From NCBI GenBank assembly GCA_032718475.1, contig JAUCBJ010005950.1, positions 1 to 43,124 on the forward strand: DNA of 43,124 nucleotides. Reading direction: 5' to 3'. This document shows positions 1 through 12,852 of this stretch, in pieces. The first letter of the stretch is position 1, and every line of letters starts with the position of its first letter. The position numbers and the translations under genes were made by a program. The notes under the pieces were generated by a model. It was not told the DNA's origin and did no database searches. It saw only the letters and a program-made list of their open reading frames with translations. The DNA is from Nemertoderma westbladi. Its lineage: Eukaryota > Animalia > Xenacoelomorpha.

Positions 1-470
1 GGGGGGGGGGGGGGGGGGTGAGCCTCCGGCCCGGCCGCAATATACAATAGATCCGGAATGTGTCGGACAGGATACATAGGGTGAATGACTAGATTGCATA
101 TTTCAATTACAGTCAGATATTGATTGACCCTTCCTTTTCTTATGTCTAAGTGGGGAAGTAGAGTTTTTATTTTTGTTCTCAATATTTAAGTACAGTAGTT
201 TTTCGCTTGTTCTTTTTTCCTTTTCCTTGTCGTTTAATGAATTAATATTCTGGAAAATTGTAGTGTTGTCCTATACTTAACAAGGTTATAATGTAACTAT
301 GTTCACACAATTTGTCCTGTAATTTATAGTGTCGTCATTCTAATTCATAGCGAAATGGATGCCCCCCCCCCCCCAAAAAAAAATAAATTAATTAATTTCT
401 ATAAATCGTAATTACTGTAGTAGTTCCAACCAAGATATGCTACTGTAAGGGTGCGTGCGTATACGTAAGG

Positions 471-3400
471 GGGCATTTGTAAAACGAGGATACCAGCAAA
501 ATCCGCGGATCCTGTTGCGGATAACCATAGAAGCAATGACGGATCCCAGTAGGATCCGCGGATCCTAGAAACCACGGATCCGCGGATCCAATAATAGTCT
601 ATGGTATCCGCATTATACAAATTTGTAAAACGCGGATCCCATAGAAAACCATTAAGGCAGCGGATCCCATAGACACCATTGAATAACCTTTACATGTCTC
701 TTATGGTGTCCGCTGTTTACAAATCTGTAAAGAGCGGATCCCGTTCAAACAATGCAATTGCTTGATTCTGTATGTAGGGCAATTGTAGGCCTACATACTC
801 ATACAGACATACCTTCATACCAGCATGTCAATGTAAATAACTTAATGAGGATGTGCGCCCTAATATCACCCCAGCACAGCAGTTGGATCTCAAACAACTC
901 CGAAATAACAAGAATTTAGCATTCCGTAAAGGTGACAAAACTGGTAATATTATTTTATTGGATAAATCTGCTAAGGAATATGAGATCCTTCGAATTTTGG
1001 GTGATAAGAAACATATGAGAAACTACGCAAAGACCCTACTGCACGATTTCGTGTTGAATGCCGATCGTTATTAGATTCCCTTGCTATTGGGAACCAACGG
1101 CTTCGCCATCACCTCTTCCCTAATACCTTCACTACCGGCCATATCTTTATAACTCTTAAAGACCATAAACCACGTGACGAATGGGTAACCCACCCTAATG
1201 GTGCCATAATCCCAAAAGGTAGACCTATTATATCTAATACGGACGCATTTTTTAAACCCTTATCCAAAATGATGCACTACTACCTGCACCCTTTAGTTAC
1301 TACTGCCGATAACTATCTAAAAAGCTCTTTGGATCTCAAACAAACCATGCCTACAACAACTAATAATTCCCATTTTACTTTAGTTACTATTGATGTAATA
1401 GACATGTTTACCGCCATCCCTCATGAATTGGGTATTGAGGCTACCATGCATGCACTTTCTGAGGATCCTACGTTACCTGAACGTTCTATTTTTACACCAA
1501 CTCAACTCGCAGCAATTTTACGGTTTCTTTTATACCACAACTTTTTCTGTTACTCAGAATATGTACTACCTGCAAATCGCAGGAGCACCTATGGGCGGTC
1601 ACCACAGTAGTGATTATTCTATTATCAGTTCGTACAAAGTACTCAAGAGGGCGATAACTATTTCGCTACGGACTCCTTCATTCTTTCGTACTCTGGTGGA
1701 TGATAGTTTCGCAATTTACGATGAGCGACTAACTGATGAGCATTTCGAGTTCATGAAGACCGCATTCAACTCAGCTTGTAGGAATTTATATAATAGTGAA
1801 TAGTGATGCCATCCAATTTAAAATGGAGTACTCCCATGCTAGTGTCGACTACCTCGATCTAACGATTGCTGCTAATGCCTACACCCTTAGAACTCGTTTA
1901 TTTAGAAAACCAATGGCTAATAAACTACCTATTATGTACTCTAGTTTCCACCATAAACCTACGTTACGGGCAGTGGTGAAATCTGAAATTTTGCGTATTC
2001 GCCGTTTAACTGACTCAAACCATTTGTTCACATGTTATAAACACCAGTACCTCGAGTTGTGTGAGAACCGAGGCTATCCGCTGGATTTCCTCCTCTCCCT
2101 CCATGCATCAAACCCAACACCTCTTGGTCCAGTGCCGATCACGCAGCAGCCGTCTTTACCAACAGAGGGGGATGGTCCATCAGCACCCCAAAATTTGAAT
2201 AAGACTACATCGAATGGGCCAAAATACACCTCTATATATCTCCCTACGACCCCACAGTTCCTGCCTGTCCTAGCGCCCGTTATCCGCAAATATAATGCTG
2301 ACTTGCGTTCGCTAGGTATTAGTGTCCTAAAATTAAAGTGTCGAAATTAAGTATAATTCATCCCTCTCCAGGGGAAATCGACGCTAATCACACCTGATTA
2401 CTCTCAAAAATAAAACTATCCTGTTCTATTGACTTTAGTTTATTGTTTTGGTTAGAATAACGTACTATTGTAACCTGCTCCCTTCCTTTAATTGATATTT
2501 AACATTGAGACAGACATTAAGCTCGCCGAGATGGGATTTGAGGCAACCCCCCCCCCCCCCCCCCCTAATTTCAAATTTACCCTAATATTTTATTTTTGAT
2601 AGCGTGCAACGCAATGAAATTCTTTGACTAGATGCTTTTTTATTATAAAGTTATATCCGGTTCACCCCTATTCGCCATATAGTATGTTATACATAGTTAT
2701 AAGAACCCTATGAGATTAGAGACATTCTGAAAAAGCCGCGAAGGATTACAGAGTCAGGCTATCACAATCGTATGAAGTAGATTATCACAACAATGCAAGT
2801 AAATAAATAGTTATTTCATTATTGTCATTCGTTATTTCTATGTTTGATTAGACATCGATATGTTTTGTTTCGACAAATATATTGATATACAAAATAAACT
2901 AAAATATCACTGTATTTTTTTTATATAAATCACGAATATAAACGAGACCAAACAGTAAATTACAATAATAATATAATATATAACATCTTGTGTACTGTAC
3001 ATCATGCCCTGGAATACAGTCTCATAATTAATTAACTACTAAAGTCTTACATAATACAAATCTTAATGAGATCGCTTTGGACGACCATATCCAGCTATTT
3101 CTCATCACATTCAGCATATTTGGAATCCTTGTTAATTAAGTCTACCACCTATTTCACAGTAACCAACGGTTGCTATAAGGTTGAGGAAAAAGGACTGGTG
3201 CAATATCGACGTACAGTAGTACTGGTACCTACAGCAAGGAGCCAATAATAAAGCCAAAAAAAATATAAAAGCCAAACGCCAGTAAATCATACTGTAACCG
3301 GTAGGCCTACCCCACGGGCTATTACCTCTCCGACAGACAGCGTAACAGCAACAGCCCCTATACTGCAGTACTGCTATACAGCTATAGGCCTATAGCAGCT

Positions 3401-3822
3401 GTACTGCAGCAGACTGTCAGACCTTTGCACTTTGCGGGCTTACTGCATAGCTACGGCTTGCTCGCTTATTATTATTATTATATGCTTAACTGTTAACTAA
3501 CTACATAATTAAGGCCTAACTACTGTACCGGTATTTGCATTGAATGAACGGGATCCGCTCTTTACAAATTTGTAAACAGCGGACACACCATAAGAGACAT
3601 GTAAAGGATATTCAATGATGTCTATGGGATCCGCTGCCTTAATGGTTTGCTATGGGATCCGCGTTTTACAAATTTGTATAATGCGGATACCATAGACTAT
3701 TATTGGATCCGCGGATCCGTGGTTTCTAGGATCCGCGGATCCTACTGGGATCCGTCATTGCTTCTATGGTATCCGCAACAGGATCCGCGGATTTTGCTGG
3801 GATCCTCGTTTTACAAGGGTAC
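471..3822. mobile_element. Non-autonomous Mutator/MULE-like DNA transposon with ~290-bp TIRs and 9-bp TSD
   Basis: 471-757 and ~3535-3822 are near-identical inverted repeats rich in GGATCC/CGCGGATCC; exact 9-bp direct repeat TACGTAAGG at 462-470 and 3823-3831; G..C termini. Long TIRs plus a 9-bp TSD fit MULE. No transposase seen. Confidence 0.8.
853..2350 (+). pseudogene. Frameshifted Penelope-like element reverse transcriptase
   Basis: Successive frames give PLE RT motifs: RKGDKTGNIILLDK, LKDHKP..GRPIIS, LVTIDVIDMFTAIP, YLQIAGAPMG, LVDDSFAI, FKMEYS..VDYLDLTI, LFRKP..YSSFH, NRGYP. Split over at least 4 ORFs; no GIY-YIG domain visible. Confidence 0.85.
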
Positions 3823-3969
3823 TACGTAAGGAGACTTCTTGATTAACTTTCGATAAGGCGTTTAACCGGTCCTACTAATTACCCCAACCTACCACAATCT
3901 ACCCCAACCTACCACAATCTACCCCAACCTACCACAATCTACCGCAATCTACCCCAACAATTCGATAGA

Positions 3970-5462
3970 GGCATCTAATTACCACAATATTATTTTACAA
4001 TGGCGTCTAATTACCACAATATACAGAACGCAAGTGTCTATTTACCACAAGACTACACTGCATCTAATTACCACAATATTATTTTACAATGGCGTCTAAT
4101 GTCTAATTACCACAATATACAGAACTCAAGTGTCTATTTACCACAAGACTAAACTGCATCTAATTACCACACAGCCACAATATTATTTTACAATGGCGTC
4201 TAATTACCACAATATACAGAACTCAAGTGTCTATTTACCACAAGACTACACTACACTGCAACTAATTACCACAATATTATTTTACAATGGCGTCTAATTA
4301 CCACAATATACAGAACTCAAGTGTCTATTTACCACAAGACTACACTGCATCTAATTACCACAATATTATTTTACAATGGTGTCTAATTACCACAATATAC
4401 AGAACGCAAGTGTCTATTTACCACAAGACTACACTGCATCTAATTACCACAATATTATTTTACATTGGCATCTAATTACCACAATATACAGAACGCAAGT
4501 GTCTATTTACCACAAGACTACACTGCATCTAATTACCACAATATTATTTTACATTGGCATCTAATTACCACAATATACAGAACGCAAGTGTCTATTTACC
4601 ACAAGACTACACTGCATCTAATTACCACAATATTATTTTACAATGGCGTCTAATGTCTAATTACCACAATATACAGAACTCAAGTGTCTATTTACCACAA
4701 GACTACACTGCATCTAATTACCACAATATTATTTTACATTGGCATCTAATTACCACAATATACAGAACTCAAGTGTCTACTTACCACAAGACTACACTGC
4801 ATCTAATTACCACAATATTATTTTACATTATTAGCATCTAATTACCACAATATACAGAACGCAAGTGTCTATTTACCACAAGACTACACTGCATCTAATT
4901 ACCACAATATTATTTTACAATGGCGTCTAATTACCACAATATACAGAACGCAAGTGTCTATTTACCACAAGACTACACTGCATCTAATTACCACAATATT
5001 ATTTTACATTGGCATCTAATTACCACAATATACAGAACGCAAGTGTCTATTTACCACAAGACTACACTGCATCTAATTACCACAATATTATTTTACAATG
5101 GCGTCTAATTACCACAATATACAGAACGCAAGTGTCTATTTACCACAAGACTACACTGCATCTAATTACCACAATATTATTTTACATTGGCATCTAATTA
5201 CCACAATATACAGAACGCAAGTGTCTATTTACCACAAGACTACACTGCATCTAATTACCACAATATTATTTTACAATGGCGTCTAATTACCACAATATAC
5301 AGAACTCAAGTGTCTATTTACCACAAGACTACACTACACTGCAACTAATTACCACAATATTATTCTACAATGGCATCTAATTACCACAATATACAGTACG
5401 GTAGTTAGTAATACTCAGTGTCTAATTACCACAAGACTTCACTAATGTCTAATTACCACAAT
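3970..5462 (+). repeat. 89-bp tandem repeat (three 26-32-bp subunits sharing TCTA(A/T)TTACCACAA), left foldback arm
   Basis: Unit = tctaattaccacaatatacagaacgcaagtg + tctatttaccacaagactacactgca + tctaattaccacaatattattttacattggca; roughly 16 copies, preceded by 10-bp ACCCCAACCT/ACCACAATCT repeats at 3880-3960. Confidence 0.95.
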
Positions 5463-5939
5463 ATATATACAATATATATACAATATATATATCGATATCG
5501 ATATATATATCGCTGAGTCGGTGCGACGGGTGCGGGGCCACCTTCGATTTAATGTAATTAATCACGTCCATTCTGTTGAAATTTGTACAGTATGAGGTTC
5601 ACATAATTTTGACTCTTGTCGCTGAAACTCTTCCACGAATAATGATGGATTGAAATAATTCTTCCACATATTTGCTACTGTAAATGTTGCTTATGATATA
5701 AATATCATTCTCCACCACCAATTGTCATCCTACAGTAAACTGTGCCCACATATCCCAGAGCACAACAGAACCCTTGCCCTTGGATTATATTTACAAGCCC
5801 TGCCCAGCTTACTGATCAATGCCCATTCAGAAAATAATCGTACAAATAATCGAGACACATCAATGAATCCGTACTTCGGTTGAGCGTTTAGATTTGTCAT
5901 TCCAATATATTTGTCAAACCTAAAAAATAATACTGTTGG

Positions 5940-6855
5940 GATTAGACACTTGCGTTCTGTATATATTGTGGTAATTAGACATTAGTGAAGTCTTGCGGTA
6001 ATTAGACACTGAGTATTAATAACTACTACCGTACTGTATATTGTGGTAATTAGACACTTGCGTTCTGTATATTGTGGTAATTAGATGCAGTGTAGTCTTG
6101 TGGTAAATAGACACTTGAGTTCTGTATATTGTGGTAATTAGATGTCATTGTTAAATAATATTGTGGTAATTAGATGCAGTGTAGTCTTGTGGTAAATAGA
6201 CACTTGAGTTCTGTATATTGTGGTAATTAGATGTCATTGTAAAATAATATTGTGGTAATTAGATGCAGTGTAGTCTTGTGGTAAATAGACACTTGCGTTC
6301 TATATATTGTGGTAATTAGATGCCAATGTAAAATAAAAAATAATATTGTGGTAATTAGATGCCATTGTAAAATAATATTGTGGTAATTAGATGCAGTGTA
6401 GTCTTGTGGTAAATAGACACTTGCGTTCTATATATTGTGGTAATTAGATGCCAATGTAAAATAATATTGTGGTAATTAGATGCAGTGTAGTCTTGTGGCA
6501 GTGTGGTAAATAGACACTTGAGTTCTGTATATTGTGGTAATTAGATGCCATTGTAAAATAATATTGTGGTAATTAGATGCAGTGTAGTCTTGTGGTAAAT
6601 AGACACTTGCGTTCTATATATTGTGTTAATTAGATGCCAAATGTAAAATAATATTGTGGTAATTAGATGCAGTGTAGTCTTGTGGTAAATAGACACTTGA
6701 GTTCTGTATATTGTGGTAATTAGATGCCAATGTAAAATAATATTGTGGTAATTAGTTGCAGTGTAGTGTAGTCTTGTGGTAAATAGACACTTGAGTTCTG
6801 TATATTGTGGTAATTAGATACCAATGTAAAATAATATTGTGGTAATTAGATGCCT
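5940..6855 (-). repeat. Same 89-bp tandem repeat in inverted orientation, right foldback arm
   Basis: Repeated TTGTGGTAATTAGA core; fewer copies than the left arm; followed by the inverted 10-bp repeats at 6865-6955. Confidence 0.95.
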
Positions 6856-7156
6856 CTATCGAATTGTTGGGGTAGATTGCGGTAGATTGTGGTAGGTTGG
6901 GGTAGATTGTGGTAGGTTGGGGTAGATTGTGGTAGGTTGGGGTAGGTTGGGGTAATTAGTAGGACCCCGTTTAACAGTTTGTCCCGCTTCCAACTGCCAG
7001 TTAGGGTAGGTTTCTTAAATAGGAAGTTTTTTTTTTCCTATATAGGAAAAAGTGCTTCCTATATAGGACATTTTTGCCATTTTTCTGAACATTTTCTTCA
7101 TTATCTTTTGAAATAAATTTTAGCGGCATATTTGAATTCCTGGCTCTATCCTGTTT

Positions 7157-8139
7157 CCAGGTTGGAATTTATGTAGAGTTTGCTCAACATGTGTGGCGCG
7201 GATTAAGGATCCTGGCGCGTAGTGACAGGGGCGTGTGGCGCGGATTAAGGATCCTGGCGCGTAGTGATATGGGCGTGTGGCGCGCATTGAGGATCCTGGC
7301 CTTCCTGGCGCGAATATGGATGTAGCGATGTAGGGTTAGGTTAGGACTTAGGACAGTAGGAGGTAGCGTAGCAGTGCACTAGCAACACATCCCACTCTAC
7401 AGCTCTATTTGAAATTATTCCATAGGTTTAAAAAGATTGAAAAATGTCCGCTCGCTTCGCTCGCGTTTATACTGCAAGTCTACTCTTAGTACTGTCTGGC
7501 TGTGGACAAATGGAAATGGACAGATTGAGCATGACCATTAAAAACATGACTTATTGTTTCAAAAGTTTTTCAATTGTCAGATTCTTCAAACCAATAAAAC
7601 CATGACAGCCTGCATGATTCAGCAGAATTTCCGTGCTCGCTACGCTCGCGCCAGCTCGCAATTTAATGACATCTGCATTTCTGTATTTGAAAACAGTCGG
7701 TTTGCCAACTTTAGGCCTAAATGTTAAATTTAAATGTTAAAATTTTCGTGCTCGCTACCTGGCTACGCTCGCATCTTGATCACATCTGCATTTAAAAATA
7801 GCCTAGTCAGTTGACGTTGACCTACTACTACAGTCAGACAGTACTACTACTACAACTACAGCACTATCTGACTATTGCTGTCGGACAGTCCAGACTGCAT
7901 TTATGTTAACATAATTGGAAAATTTCCGTGCTCGCTACGCTCGCATTTTAATGTTAACATACTGTAGGACTGTAGCGTACGGCTACAAAATTATAAACTG
8001 ATAAATTATTACAATTAAGCAATTACTGCAAAATTTCATAGTCAATTGTTGGCTTGGCGCGCATTAGATATCATGGCTGGCGCGATTTTCGTTTAACCAG
8101 AACGCGTGTGGCGCGCTTTTTGTCAGTATTCCATATAGG
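7157..8139. mobile_element. ~980-bp non-autonomous insertion with 8-bp TSD (hAT- or P-like) interrupting the left TIR of the 9.66-kb element
   Basis: TCCTGTTT at 7149-7156 and 8140-8147, single in the uninterrupted right TIR; imperfect ends CCAGGTTGGAAT / ATTCCATATAGG; subterminal GCGTGTGGCGCG repeats and four GCTCGCT(A/T)CGCTCGC motifs. Confidence 0.7.
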
Positions 8140-9480
8140 TCCTGTTTGGGGGCCTCCAGTCTGTGATTGTTGACAATCAGATCTGTTGTGCATTGTCACA
8201 TCTATACATCCTGACTGTTGATTCTCAATTAAATTTGGTTTTAAATTTGGTTTTCTATTCTACAACATTCCTCACGTTTATTGTTTTGGTTCCTTTCAAC
8301 TCGCCTCTGTAACCTGCTCCTTTACTAACCTGCCTGGTTTTGGAGGCCCCAAACAGGATAATCCCGAATTCCTGGTTATTGCAAGTTAATCTTTACTACA
8401 TTTGTTGTGAAAACTAGAAAAAAACTATCTGTGCGTTCGCTTTCTATAGCCATTTTAAAAACGTTACTTTTTCCGAGAATTTCTTATATAGGAAATATTT
8501 TTTGGACTTCCTACAGTATTTAGGAGTTTAACTTATTTCTTAATTAAAATATTTTATGTCTTGATTTTTCTTAATTAATAAAAATTATGACTTGCCAGTT
8601 CAATTTAAGGCGATGTTATTAATGTAGAGTGCGATTAATTACTGTAAACTTCGGAGCGCGAACTTTGTTCCTAAAATGTCTGAATGTGAAAATGCGAATT
8701 CACATCGAACTTTGTTCCTATTTTTGCGAATTTCGTTCCTATTTGAGTGAATTTTGTTCCTATGAAATTTAATTAGTCTGTCTGTCTCGCAAATCTATTG
8801 CGAATTTTGTTCCACTCACAATTACAGTACTGCAGTAGCTATACTTACGGTAGATGAAAAACAACAGGCATTCTGAAATTAACTTTCCCACGATTTAACA
8901 CAATAGTATTAGATTGAAAATGAAACTTTTACTTACTTCGAGAATCATTAACATAAGTTAATTTTGCTTTATAAATTATCTTACCGCCAGTATAGTGGCG
9001 CACATTGAGCGCAAGTGAAATAATTTATAGTTTATTGTTTTGGTTAGAAAACACCGCCACTGTAACCTGCTCCTTTCCATTAATGTTCTTAATTAAATGA
9101 AGCTAAATGCACAGGGGCAGCTGCCGGGGGCCCGTAAGTCGGAAGAGGCCCGCAAGTTGGGAGAAATTTACCGAACATTATCTCACCGATAAAACAACCT
9201 CATTTATTTATTAATTTCTGACTGTTCAATAAATATTTATATTCCAGTGGTGGAGGTGAATGTGCTGAGCGATGTGCCAATTTTAACAATGATAGTGCAT
9301 TGGATTGGTACGTTAATTATGAGTGTAGGCCTATTAAGCAGTTAAATGCTCATAATAGTATCGTATAATTATTGTTGATAATATTTTAATTATTTTAATC
9401 ACTGCGCTGAATCTTACGGAAGTAAATTTTATTTTGTTCCTTTCTAATTCTAATTATTAATTATTGTAAAAATAATATTG

Positions 9481-9676
9481 TGTAGTGATGGCGTCTAGCC
9501 ACGAAATGAAAACTTATCAAAACTCCAGTTCGAGTCTTTGCTGAAGGCATACTGCAGTACAGTCGTACCATTCTGTAGGTCGGCCTAATAACAGAATACT
9601 TTACTCTCTAGGGTTGCTAGGCAACCGTAATAACAAAGTTTTGAGACTGTATAATAATCTATGTGGGGCTGCCACA
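9481..9676 (-). repeat. Gypsy 3' LTR (polypurine tract at 9677-9694)
   Basis: 196-bp direct repeat of 13636-13831 with 2 mismatches seen; adjacent C run reads as a G-tract on the minus strand. Confidence 0.95.
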
Positions 9677-9708
9677 TGACCCCCCCCCCCCCCCAGTCTC
9701 GAAACGTA

Positions 9709-12700
9709 TTACAGATAATCAGGTGGACGGACCGTCCGGCCCGATCGAGTTTGTACGGGCGGTTGGGCTGGGGTTGGTGGTTTTTGCGTTAGTACCGGCG
9801 GTGTAGGAGGTACCGGAGGTGCATTCGGGGGTCGACCTCGGCGCCGCGGTTGGCCGAGAACGACCGGCTCGGTAAAATCGAGATGGGCCGGTTTGAGTCG
9901 GTCGACTGAAATCGTTTCAGTTCGACCGCCCATCTCGATCTTAAATGTTTTGGGTAAGGCCCCTCGTAGGGGCGTTCGAATGGCGTCCGGTGGGCGTCGC
10001 GCCGGACGAAAACGTAGGTAGCGTCATGGAGGTCCGGTGGAACCGACGACGGAGTCAGTCCGTGGCGTGACGTCGGTACCGGAGCGAACCGTCCGACCGT
10101 ATCCCGGAGTTGAGGGAGGACCGTGGACGGCGAGTGCTGGGCGCCCGTAGCCGGCGGAAGGAACTCGCCCGGGACGGTGAGGGGGGCACCGTATACCAGC
10201 TCGGCGGAGGAGGTCCCCAAGTCGTCCTTGGGAGCGGTCCGGATTCCGAGGAGAACCCACGGCAACTCGTCGACCCAATCGGGGCCGGTGAGCGAGGCCC
10301 GCATGCCGCAGGGCGGACTTTAGGTGGCGGTGGAAACGTTCCACCAGTCCGTTCGCCTGCGGGTGGTAGGCCGTGGTGCGTGGGTTGGGTGCCCAGCAGC
10401 TGGTTGATGGCGGACCAGAGCTGGGAGGTAAACTGCGAACCGCGGTCGGAGGAGAGATCCGCGGGGACGCCGAACCGAGATATCCAGTTGGAGATGAGAG
10501 CCCGGGCGCAACTCTCGGTGGAGGTCTCGGTGAGGGGCACGGCCTCTGGCCACCGAGTGAAACGGTCTACCATCGTCAGCAGGTGAGTGAACCCGCGCGA
10601 TGGTGGTAGAGGGCCGACCAGATCCATGTGGATGTGGTCGAACCGGCGGTGGGGGGTGGCGAAGGTGCCGAGGGGCGCGCGGACGTGGCGTTGCACTTTG
10701 GAAGACTGGCAAGGGATGCAGGTCTTCGCCCACTCGCCCACCTCTTTGCGGAGGCCGTGCCACACGAACCTGTTGGCGACGAGTTTCTTGGTGGTACGAG
10801 CGCCGGGGTGAGACAGGCCGTGTAGGGCGTCGGAGACGCGCCGTCGCCAGGCGACGGGGACGACGGGGCGCGGGTGTCCGAGAGAAACGTCGCGAAGTAG
10901 AGTGGCGTTGGCGGGGGCGAGCGGGACGTCTTCCAGTTGGAGGCCGGACACGGCGGAGCGGTAGGTTGGCAGCTCGGGGTCGGCGAGTTGGGCAGCCGCC
11001 ATAGCCGTATAGTCAAGGCCGGGGAGGAGGGTTCGAACCGCGCTGACGGTAGTCCTGGAGAGCGCATCCGCCACACCGTTGTCTTTGCCGGCGACGTGTT
11101 CGATCGCCGTGGTGAACTCGGAAATGTAGGCGATGTGCCGTTGTTGCCGATTCGACCACGGGTCGCTGATCTTGGCGAATGCGAACGTCAGGGGTTTGTG
11201 GTCTGTGTAGGCGGTGAATACGCGGCCCTCCAGGTAGTACCGGAAGTGGCGAACAGCGAGGTACAGCGCGAGGAGTTCCCGGTCGAACGCGCTGTACTTC
11301 ACCTCCGGGAGTCGAAGTTGGCGGCTGAAGAACGCCAGGGGGCGCCACGAGTCGCCGACGAGCTGTTCTAGAACGGCGCCCACTGCCGTGCCGGATGCGT
11401 CCACGGTGAGCGCCGTCGGTGCGTTGGCGTTGGGGTGGGCGAGCATCGTGGCGTTGGCGAGGGCTTCCTTGGCGTTCCGGAACGCCGCCGCCATGTCGGG
11501 GGTCCAGTCGAGGGACTTGGGTTTACCGGCAAGGGCCGTGTAGAGGGGCCGCATCATGGCGCCGGCCGCGGGTACGAACCGATGATAGAAGTTCACCATC
11601 CCCACGAACTCCTGCAGGCCCTTGACGGTGGTCGGCTGGGTGAACTCCCGGATGGTGGCGACCTTGTCGGGGAGTGGGACGGCGCCGTGGGCCGAGATTC
11701 GGTGGCCGAGGAAGTCGATGGTCGACCGACCGAACTCGCACTTGGCGAGGTTGATCACGAGGCCGTGTTCTTGGAGGCGTGTGAAGAGCTGACGGAGGTG
11801 GTCACGGTGTTCCTTGGGGGACCGACTCGCGACGAGGACGTCGTCTAGGTAGACGAAGAGGAAGTCGAGTCCCTGGCACACCGTGTCCATCAGTCTCTGG
11901 AAGGCCTGGGCCGCGTTCTTCAGCCCGAACGGCATTCGAAGAAATTCAAACAGGCCGAACGGGGTTATAACCGCGGTCTTGGCGATGTCGGCCTCGGTTA
12001 CGGGGATCTGGTGGTAGCCGCGCACCAGATCGATCTTAGAAAAGATCTTCGCCCCAGCCAGTCTGGAGGAGAAGTCCTGGATATGGGGGATGGGGTATCG
12101 GTCCGCAGTCGTGGCGTCGTTGAGGCGTCGGTAGTCGCCACACGGCCGCCATCCACCCGAGGGTTTAGGGGCCATGTGGAGGGGTGACGCCCAGGGACTG
12201 TTGGACCGGCGGATGATCCCCATCTCCTCCATCTTCCGGAACTCGTCCCGCGCGATCTTGAGTTTGTCTGGAGGCAGATGACGGGCGCGGGAGTAGACCG
12301 GGGGTCCCTCGGTGGGGATGTAATGTTCGACCCCGTGTTTCGCGGTGGGGTCGGAGAAGCGAGGGATCGTAATATCGGGGAACTCGGCGAGGAGCCGAGC
12401 GAACTCGTCGTCCGAGGCGGTAACAGAACCGAGGTGGGGGGCGTGGCCCGTAGTCCGCCCGCACGGGATCGAGGTCAACGTCTCGGCGTCGACCAGACGG
12501 CGGCCTCTCAGGTCGACCAACATGTTGTTCGCTCGGAGGAAGTCGGCTCCGAGGAGAGGCTGGGCGACGTCGGCCGCGATAAACTTCCACTGGAACCGGC
12601 GGGAGTGGAAGTCGAGTTTGACGGAGCGGTCGCCGTACGTTCGAATGTACGTTTTGTTGGCGGCGAGGAGGGGCGGCCCGTTCTGTCCCGAACGTTCCTC

Positions 12701-12852
12701 GCGAGTCGTCGCGGGAATAACGCTTACCTCCGCCCCGGTGTCGACCAAGAAGCGTTGCCCGGAAACGCGGTCCCAGGCTGCCAGGCAAACAGCAGCAGGT
12801 CGGTGTGGCCGGCCGTTGTAGCTGCTACAAACGGCCGGCCGGGGCGTTTCCC
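9709..12852 (-). pseudogene. pol: Gypsy pol polyprotein (protease, RT, RNase H, integrase) with frameshifts
   Basis: LVDTGAEVS protease, [21 protein letters not shown] RNase H, HGLSH..CIPC and DLVGP..SDRG..ERFH integrase; frame breaks near 12780, 10383, 10305 and 9955. Confidence 0.92.

Larger units (their letters stand above)
3867..6967. mobile_element. Foldback-type DNA element with tandem-repeat inverted arms and 8-bp TSD
   Basis: Left arm 3867-~5462 is the reverse complement of right arm ~5940-6967 (ends GGTCCTACTAATTACCCC / GGGGTAATTAGTAGGACC); direct repeat CGTTTAAC at 3859-3866 and 6968-6975; ~480-bp unique loop. Confidence 0.85.

Noticed and set aside
399-620. Near-identical small ORFs at 399-620 (-) and 3647-3829 (+)
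   Set aside because: They are translations of the two TIRs, not genes.
853-2520. Bacterial-type RT system (retron, DGR) or a Penelope hammerhead ribozyme
   Set aside because: RT motifs are Penelope-type and broken; no CTGANGA..GAAA core with supporting stems found at the element ends.
4287-5286. Repeated 62-95-aa MASNYHNIQ ORFs
   Set aside because: By-products of an 89-bp (non-triplet) tandem repeat.
5690-5930. Exon-like open frame on the minus strand in the foldback loop (FDKYIGMTNL..)
   Set aside because: About 60 codons with an acceptor-like start but no recognisable motif; cannot be supported.
3970-6855. CRISPR-like look of the constant TCTAATTACCACAA core with short spacers
   Set aside because: Only three spacers recur cyclically, the array is mirrored, there are no cas genes and the context is eukaryotic; it is a satellite within TIRs.
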